Of a stretch of DNA of 64,000 bases, positions 54,248 to 64,000 are shown piece by piece. This DNA is from Octopus sinensis (lineage: Eukaryota). Each line of letters starts with the position of its first letter. Position 1 is the first letter of the stretch. The position numbers were made by a program, and so were the translations under genes. The stretch spans positions 76,508,001 through 76,572,000 of the forward strand of contig NC_042998.1 of assembly GCF_006345805.1 (NCBI RefSeq). Direction: 5' to 3'. Under the pieces are notes generated by a model. That model searched no databases. It was not told where the DNA came from and worked only from the letters and a program-made list of their open reading frames with translations.

Positions 54248-55117
54248 GGTCTGATCAATAAGTATCCGAACTGCTGTCATAGTAACGAATCCAGACTGCT
54301 ATCATAGTAACGCAGAGTAAAGCCGCTTGGCAAAGATTGACCTTGAACTCAGCTTTGCATGCGCACTAAGTTTTAACATTCTAGCTTACTTCCGCTGTTT
54401 ACAACTGTGCTTCGAAGTAACGTGTGTAGTGGGTGATCGGCGCATTGACAATGATAAAGAAAGTTCTTATGACGATACCTACTCAGAGGCCTACGCAAAG
54501 GTGCAGAAAGTGTATGGAGAGGAGTGTATGAGCCTCGCACAAGTGTACAAGTTGTACTGACGTATTCAAGATGGCCGAAAAAATGTCGATATTGACGAAC
54601 GTTCAAGGAGACCCGCAACCAGCAGGACTGAGAAAAATATCGCAGATGTGCATGCAACTATAAGTGGAAATTGTCGAATCGGCAACTGTGAGTTATCAGA
54701 TGATGTGCAGATTAATTACTGTTCAGTTTCCTCCATTATCACTAAAGCACGTGTCTGCCAAGTTCGTGCCAAAACTGCTTTCAGCTGCCCCAAATACACC
54801 CGGGTTTCAGTTGCACAAGATCTTGTTTGTGTCGAGAACGATGAAAACGTTTTGAAAACTTTGCGTAGGTTTCTGAGCAGGTATCGCCAAGCTTTTAGCA
54901 AAATTTGATGTATAATCTCTGCACAGCTTTCACAGTCATGGTCAATGCAACAATCACACACTACAGATTTTCCTTCCAAGCACTGTTGTAAACAACAGAA
55001 GTGAGATAGAACGCTAAAACTAAGTGCTCACGTACAGCAGAGTCCAGGGTCAATCTGTACCAAGCTGCTTTACTTTAAGTTACTATGGTAACAGTCTGGA
55101 TACTTATTGATCAGACC
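54248..55117 (+). mobile_element. Internally deleted mariner with ~140-bp TIRs
   Basis: ggtctgatcaataagtatcc / ggatacttattgatcagacc; HTH region EAYAKVQKVYGEECMSLAQVYK...DERSRRP. Confidence 0.88.
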
Positions 55118-55144
55118 AATATGTATGTGTATATATATTTATAT

Positions 55145-55598
55145 ATGGATACCTTATTAGAATGAAGGATAACAGGATTCCCCAAACAAATGCTATATGG
55201 AGAACTTGTTAGTGGAAAGAGACCCCGGTAAAAACTAAGGCTGCGATTTAAGAGCTCTCAAGTCCTCATTAAAGGCCTGTGGTATGCAGGAGACTGACCG
55301 AGAGAGCAATGCCTGCCATCGCCACGGATGGAGGAAGCAGGTTAAGGAACGGGGCGACACCTTTGAGAGCACGTATTCTGTATGAAGAATTTAAGCGTGC
55401 TTTAGAAAGCGTATTGCTAGCGTAGTGAATGAGTAACGCTTGGTTTGTAATGTTTGTAGTCGTGTATGCTTGCCAAGAGCAGAGCTCATTAGCCACCAAC
55501 GGAGCCGCATATACAAAATATAAGCTAGTCCTAAAGCGCACAATGTTCCTAAAGGTCAGCAATGATCTTCCCCGGTCACGAGTGGACGGCCATCATGT
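55145..55598 (+). mobile_element. RTE-clade LINE 3' end
   Basis: RMKDNRIPKQMLYGELVSGKRPR...LRF...LKSSLKACG...WRKQV; followed by (GTAT)n. Confidence 0.85.
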
Positions 55599-56764
55599 CT
55601 CTTCGTATGTATGTATGTATGTATGTATGTATGTATGTATGTATGTATGTATGTATGTATGTATGTATGTATGTATGTATGTATGTATGTATGCATGTAT
55701 ATATATATATGTACGATTCTTTTACTCTGTCTTTTTGTCCCCCTCATACTTTCTTCCTCCTTTTCTCGCTCCCTCTCTCCCTCTCACATTCCTTGGCCCT
55801 CTCTTTCTTTAAATCTCACTTTTCTTCCTCGTTTATCTCCCCTGTATCTTTCCCTTTGTCTCTAATTTTTTTCTAATCCTTCAATCCCGCGACCCCCTAC
55901 ACCTCTCTCCTCCATCCATGTGACCGGTGTTCGGCTAGCGATGATCTTTCTTTCTTTGCCTTACTGCCAACCGTCAACACTTCTATGTCCATCTCCTATG
56001 TTCCTGCTTTTAGGCTTTCACTTTACACACGCCTTAGTCGAAAGATACCCGTTGTTATATTCTTGATGCTTGTATTTGTAATTGTGTACCATGTTCTCCG
56101 TTTTTTTTTGTGTTTGTTGTCGCACACATTCGCTAGCTTTCTTACAAAATATATAATGTTCATAGCCTAGACTTTTTAGGGGCAACCAGATCGAACAGTC
56201 TAAAGTGTAACTGTCCGGAACTGTAAGGACATCTGGCAACTTGACTGACGAAATAAGGCCACGAATAACCCATCCTGTTTTTTCTGTACTTCTATTTGTT
56301 GTTTTTCCTGTCTGCTTTTGTATCGTCTGTCTGTCCGGTTGTTTTATTGTCTTGTATTGCGTTTTAGTTCCATTTATGTATGTATATATATATATATATA
56401 ACCTGAATTTGCTGTCATTAATTATTGTTAAAACTGTATTTATTTATGTACTCTTTAACGATGAATCTACATGTGAGAAATTAAAGCTATATTTATGTGG
56501 TTTAGCACCCTGTTTATACGTTGTGATATTTTGTCGCGAATGACAGTGAACACATTCACATTGCCTTTGACTTACGTTTCCGGCGGTTGAAGCATCGTCT
56601 GCACTACCATGATTGCAGCATGTTCACTGATGCACTATGTTATACGGACATACATAATGTCATACATACATATACATATACAAATCTATTCATGCATACA
56701 TACATACATACATACATACATACATACATACATACATACATACATACATACATACATACATACA

Positions 56765-57287
56765 TGGTGGCTGTCCCTTCGTTATCGAGTATGGCCATTG
56801 CATGAAACTTAATCAATGTGCAAGAAGATTTTTTTAAAGTGAGGAAAGGCTGTGCACTGAGTCAATCTCACTCACTAAGCAACAGCAGCCATAATCCGAA
56901 AGTCAACATCATCGGTAACCACTGAGCCGCAGGTTTTATGTCGGAGCTATCCCAGTTACCTGAGTTACCTTCTCCTAGAAGGATGCCCTTACAAAGGCTA
57001 GGAGTCCTTCACTCCCAATGGTTTAACTGCGCGATCGGGTATTCAATCTGATTATTTCTATGTCCCCGCGCATGATACAGCCTTAAGACATTTATTGGAT
57101 GGCGGTTGACTCTCAAGAGTTCCTCCGCCGTTTGACGGGTTTTGTTTTTCATCCCGCAGGGTGTCCAATAAACACCCTCCTCACCAAGCAAGCTTGGTGA
57201 GGTTGCCGGTTTAGTCGCCGACGACCCGACCATGCAACAGGTTGTACTGGATTATATGTTACCAGTAGCACTCGAAAGTGACCTGAC
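56765..57287 (-). mobile_element. Short non-coding, probably RTE-dependent element between two (TACA)n tracts
   Basis: GC-richer island; minus-strand end gaagggacagccaccatg(tatg)n resembles the neighbouring RTE tails. Confidence 0.5.
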
Positions 57288-57357
57288 ACACACATACATA
57301 CATACATACATACATACATACATACATACATACATACATACATACATACATACATTC

Positions 57358-57875
57358 ATGGTGGTTATCTACTCCTTATGCAGAGTTTGACTACCTCCTG
57401 TACCTACACCTTAGAACCATCATGACATCTGATATGGCTTTTTAAACCAGACAATATTCTGAAAAGACTCCCACATAGATTTCAATTCATATCATATTGC
57501 CACAAGAGCTGCAGATAAATTCTAATCTTTGTGGATCTTAAAATGTCTTTTGAGACCTCCGTTAGATCTGCAAATCTTCTGCCATACATCGCATTGAAAG
57601 GTGTGTACAGACATATAGGCAGAATAGATGGTGGAGGGAGGTTCGTTTTCCATGGGTTCTCAAATGAGATTTGAGCCCAGCAAAAGGAAGGCATGGTCTG
57701 TCACAAACTATGTACACAAAAAAGTCATTGTGATTCACCTTCTCGATCGTAACATTCTTCCTTAAGTCTCTTTTGAGTCTTGCATGCGTTCTCCTGGCCT
57801 CTTCAAATGCTTTCACTCCACACTTTTGTTCGCCATCAAGCACGATCCGAAGAAAGGGTTTCTATGTCCTCTGGA
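57358..57875 (-). mobile_element. RTE-clade LINE 3' end with C2H2-like terminus
   Basis: GVKAFEEARR...KR...VCDRPCLPFAGLKSHLRTH. Confidence 0.8.
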
Positions 57876-57964
57876 TAAATACATACATACACACATACAT
57901 ACATACATACATACATACATACATACATACATACATACATACATACATACATACATACATACAT

Positions 57965-59309
<1,345 letters not shown>

Positions 59310-59325
59310 CTCACGCACATATAAG

Positions 59326-60599
59326 CAGTCTTGGTCAAAAGTCTGAACAGAAAGATGAAATTGGATTCATGAAAATAACACAATAAATTTATATTGTGCA
59401 TTATGGTATATATGAATGAGGGAATGTTATTTTATCATTTCGTCTTCTACTTGACATTTGAAATACTGCATGGTAGATCAACAGTTTTAAATTTTCCGAA
59501 ATTTTCATCTGAAAATGGGCTAAAATATTTTGCTTCATGTAACACTTGACTCCCATTCAGATAGATATAATCTCATGTATATCCATCTCCTGGTGCTGTC
59601 CAGAAAACTTTGTCGTATTTCATCAGAGAAGGGAATATAAATAACTTGGCTGATCAGGTTGACTTCGTGTTACAACTCTTCAAACTGGTCATAGAATTCA
59701 TATTTGTATCGCATTCTTATATTACATCGAGCTGCACCATTTGCTAGCAAAATGCAGTAAAATGCAGGAATAAGGCAATATGATATAAATTGAAAAACGA
59801 TTCCAATCTTGTTGCAAAACGTCTAGAAAATAGCCAAACAAATCACTTATAAAAACTTATATAAAACCAGGTCTGTTACGGAAAATATTCAGGATTGTTT
59901 GAAATTTTGCAAGGATTATAAAAATTGGATCAAGAAAGACCGGAAATCATGTTTAGTTGCAAAACATCCATAGAGTAATTTGACGAAACTTTCGATAGTC
60001 TCCTTTTCTTCGTTTACCATCAGTCTGAAGGCACAATCCTACCTGCAAGAGTCAAGAAATACCCAGCCATTATGTTAGGGGCGCATATCTGGTTTTTAGA
60101 TAATGACTCAAGATACAACAATAAACTCTAAAGGTTACCTGGATTTTAAGGAAAAGTTGCTTGCTAATACGGTTATCTTTGATGCTATTTCAACAGCGTG
60201 GTGCATCCCGCCAGTTTTGGAATTACTTCAATGACTTGCTTAACGATATCGGTATATTACTCAATTAGGTAAATCGCCAAGGTAATCACCTGACTTGAAT
60301 GCGACAGAAAATGCTTGGAGTAGGAGATAACCCCAGATTACTGCAAAAATTCGTTCGAAAACTTGACCGTATTGCTACCGTAATGGAGCTATTATATCAC
60401 GTGTGATACTCTTTATTAAAGGGGAATAGTATCTTGTCGTGAAAACTATAGTATAGAATATCAATGATATAGTAAGTAATTCACTGGTTATTTGCTTTAT
60501 TTGCATTATAAAATATATGCTGTGCTTTTCATTTCCATCATCAATAACAATAAAAGAACTTTACTGTTATCAGAGTAATCAGACTTTTGACAGTCTTTG
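59326..60599 (+). mobile_element. Decayed Tc1 transposon (~1.27 kb)
   Basis: TIR remnants cagtcttggtcaaaagtctga / tcagacttttgacagtctttg; CLKFCKDYKNWIKKDRK, FQQRGASR, SPDLNATENAW (not captured by the ORF track). Confidence 0.8.
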
Positions 60600-60826
60600 T
60601 ACGTATGCTTGTTTGTTTCTCTGTGTATGTGTGTGCGTTTATATAATACATATTTACACACACACACACACATACACACATACACACAGACACAGACACA
60701 GACACAGACACAGACACACACACACACACACACACATATATACATATATGAATACACATACATACGTACATATATACATGCATACATGCATACATACATA
60801 CATACATACATACATACATACATACA

Positions 60827-60862
<36 letters not shown>

Positions 60863-61761
60863 TTATGTGTGTGTGTGTATTTTTGGATACAGTGAAATAT
60901 TTAAATTTTTATTGCTTCATTACTGGAATTTTATACTAGCTCTCATCTGGTGATTGCTCTGAGCTGGTAAGAAACGCAAGTAATGAAAATATTAATCTTA
61001 ACATATTTCATCTTCCATTCGTCCTTCTCTCATTGTAACTTACTCGCTCAGTCTCTCTCTTTCTCCTTACTCTTTTTACTTTTCGCATTGAGTTGCAAAA
61101 TGGTTGCACGGAATATAAGCTTTTTTTTAATTGGGTTCAAGATTTACATTGAATTGTTTCTTAACACAACTCGAGTCAACGTTAAGTTTCGACCTCTTCG
61201 TAAATTTCAAATCTGACACGACGACAACATCAACAGCAATTACGAAAGCAATGTACTTCAATATCGTGCGATATTTTCGCACTAGTTCATCGAACTTAGT
61301 AATTTTACTCTTTCTCACTCTGATTCAATCTAGTTAAACTAGCTGAAGAAGCTTTGCTGATCAACGATCTGTATTTAAGATCCCCTTCAATTGGATCAAA
61401 TAAGCTTGTCCCGAAGTATGTGTCAAAATAGAACACAACTCTCATTCTTCTTTACCAAACAGATTTAAAGCAAAGCAACTCAAAATTTGAAAAGATTAAA
61501 GGATAATAAATAGATTAACACAATACCAGCACAAATGGTAAAACTCAATACAAAGAAAAAAACGAACAAAAATCAATACCCACACCAACCTCCTGAAAAA
61601 AGACTACTCAAAAACAAATAAAACCGAGCACAAACAAATTATACAAATCAGGATATAGTAACAGTGTTAAGTATTATTTTAAAATAATTAATGGCGATGC
61701 AACACAATTATGATGGACAGCACTTGCCACTTCAGAAGAAAGCATACGTGCCTATGTATGC

Positions 61762-61810
<49 letters not shown>

Positions 61811-62109
61811 TATGCATGTGTGTGAGAGAGTATATATAGGAATAGGAAAAATACACACCTGAATATACGTATACATACTATACACACACATACACCTATA
61901 CGTATGTACATAAATATATATATACATTTAGATTTAGAAATACTTGGATGATGGATATAAATACTTATACACACTTGTACGGCTGCACTTATACACCGGT
62001 ATTACAGTCCGAGTGCACGGATGCACACATGCATGCAATTGTATACTAACTAGAATTAACGTTACGTGTAAACTTCTGCTTTCATATGAGATGTGGAATA
62101 TTTTCGTGC

Positions 62110-62140
<31 letters not shown>

Positions 62141-62151
62141 TATAATATATA

Positions 62152-62188
<37 letters not shown>

Positions 62189-62329
62189 TATGTATGTATA
62201 TATATATATGTGTGTGTGTATGTATGTATGGATGTACGTATACACACATGCACACATATTCAGATTCGTATAGAACTCTCATCGTTCATTTAACACATAT
62301 GCACACACATACGGTCAGACACACACACA

Positions 62330-62360
<31 letters not shown>

Positions 62361-62491
62361 TATACACTTCCGTCCATCCATACAAAATGTCTACTAATTT
62401 AACAAGTATTTTTTATCATATATATTTTAAAGGCTCCCGCACATTTGATTCGTACAAGTAAGAGACCCGCCGCATGTATGTGTGTATAAAT

Positions 62492-62575
<84 letters not shown>

Positions 62576-63158
62576 GTATATATATGCATATATATGTGTA
62601 TATATATATTTATATACACATGCACACAGACACACACACATACATATATTTATATATATATTTATATATATAACACATGTATAGTTACACACATATTTGA
62701 TATATATTTATATATCTATATATTTAGATGTATGTATACATACGCAATATACACACACGTATACACACACACACACATATAATATATAATATATATACTC
62801 ATGCATATATATTTACGCTTACACACATATAATGATATAATGTATACACTTATAATTTCATTATCGAGAGACACTTGTTGAAAAGGTATTTTCAATTGGA
62901 AAGGTATAAATCAATTGAGAAGTAAAAAGAAACATAATATAGACAAATTATTCTGTATTATGAAGGATTTTAAATTGGACTTAAAGAACCTATGCGATCA
63001 ACATGCACATAAAACATATACATGGACACACACATACACGCACAGAGACGCACATACACATATAGACGTATACTGGTACACGCGCAAACATATTATGTAT
63101 ATATTTATGTATAGATACAAGCACAAGTACACACACACACACACACCACACACACACA

Positions 63159-63203
<45 letters not shown>

Positions 63204-63634
63204 ACTCGTGTGTGTATGACGAGAAATAAAAACAAAGCACACTCATTGATGTGAATATCTTTCTAGAAATTCATTAAAAATAAAAGAAATTCGATATTAT
63301 CTTTGTTTTCTTAGAAATAAGCGTGAATAAAAGACATTTGACGCTAGTGAACTCAAGTAGATGTATTCTTTTATTCCTTCCCTTATAATCACATTTTTTT
63401 TTCTTCTTAGCAGTGATTGTAAAGGTTGTAGTAGCTAACTAGAGTTCGATGTATTTCGAAATCCGTTTTCGATTCTTGATCCTGAATTTTTCTCCGCAAC
63501 CAACTCATATATTAACTCTGTGTGCTGTTGGTCGAATTTAGGGATGTAGATCTAGCCAAGTAATTAAAAAGTTTATTTATAATTATATAATACTGGGTTG
63601 TTTCTGAGCACGTTGTCCTTCGAACATATGTCTT

Positions 63635-63775
63635 TATCTGTCTCGGATCACTCCAAAACATTATGGTGAAAATTTGGTCAAGTTTAATCTGTGTGAAACT
63701 CCTGAACACATCTCTTTATTTGTCTCGGATCACCCCAAAACATTATGGTGAAAGTTTGGGTAAGTTTAATCGTTG
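63635..63775. repeat. Two-unit tandem repeat (~82-bp period), HINE-like internal unit
   Basis: tgtctcggatcacYccaaaacattatggtgaaa occurs twice. Confidence 0.75.
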
Positions 63776-64000
63776 AGAAACTCCATTGAGTGTACTATTT
63801 TGGGAATTCACTCTTCTTACACACTATTTCTGGCAGTTACATTAAATTTACACTTGTCTGTGAAAGGCAGCTGCAAACTCCATAACTGAAAGTACTTTTT
63901 TGTGGTCGAACAACTACATTATTGATCAGCGAAACCTAGAGGCGTCGGCAATTATGGACCTCTACATACTCCTCTCACTCTCTCCCCTTCTCCCTCTTTC

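Noticed and set aside
61127-61337. Overlapping short non-repetitive ORFs
   Set aside because: No recognisable domain or splice signals; the length is expected by chance

Overview
This is AT-rich, microsatellite-saturated eukaryotic non-coding DNA (intron or intergenic). The SINE families and repeat landscape suggest a coleoid cephalopod, most likely Octopus; that assignment is inference. No intact protein-coding gene is visible, and nearly all listed ORFs are translations of simple repeats. The window holds many decayed transposons: two Tx1/L1-type LINE 3' ends, a Penelope-like element (PLE) with a GIY-YIG domain, several R4/Dong-type LINEs with a restriction-like endonuclease (RLE), and CR1, RTE and CRE fragments. 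It also holds an internally deleted Gypsy element, Tc1 and mariner relics, Helitron/Helentron-type and MITE elements, and more than 20 tRNA-derived SINEs. The most interesting signals are: hammerhead-ribozyme folds with non-canonical cores in Penelope-type termini; clade-specific pairing of retroelements with microsatellites, including a Tx1 family in (TATC)n; a ~358-bp fold-back palindrome; SINEs that appear to insert into themselves; a mariner with ~140-bp TIRs; and one candidate 45-nt microexon. All calls were made by eye, and element boundaries are approximate unless a TSD or TIR is quoted.
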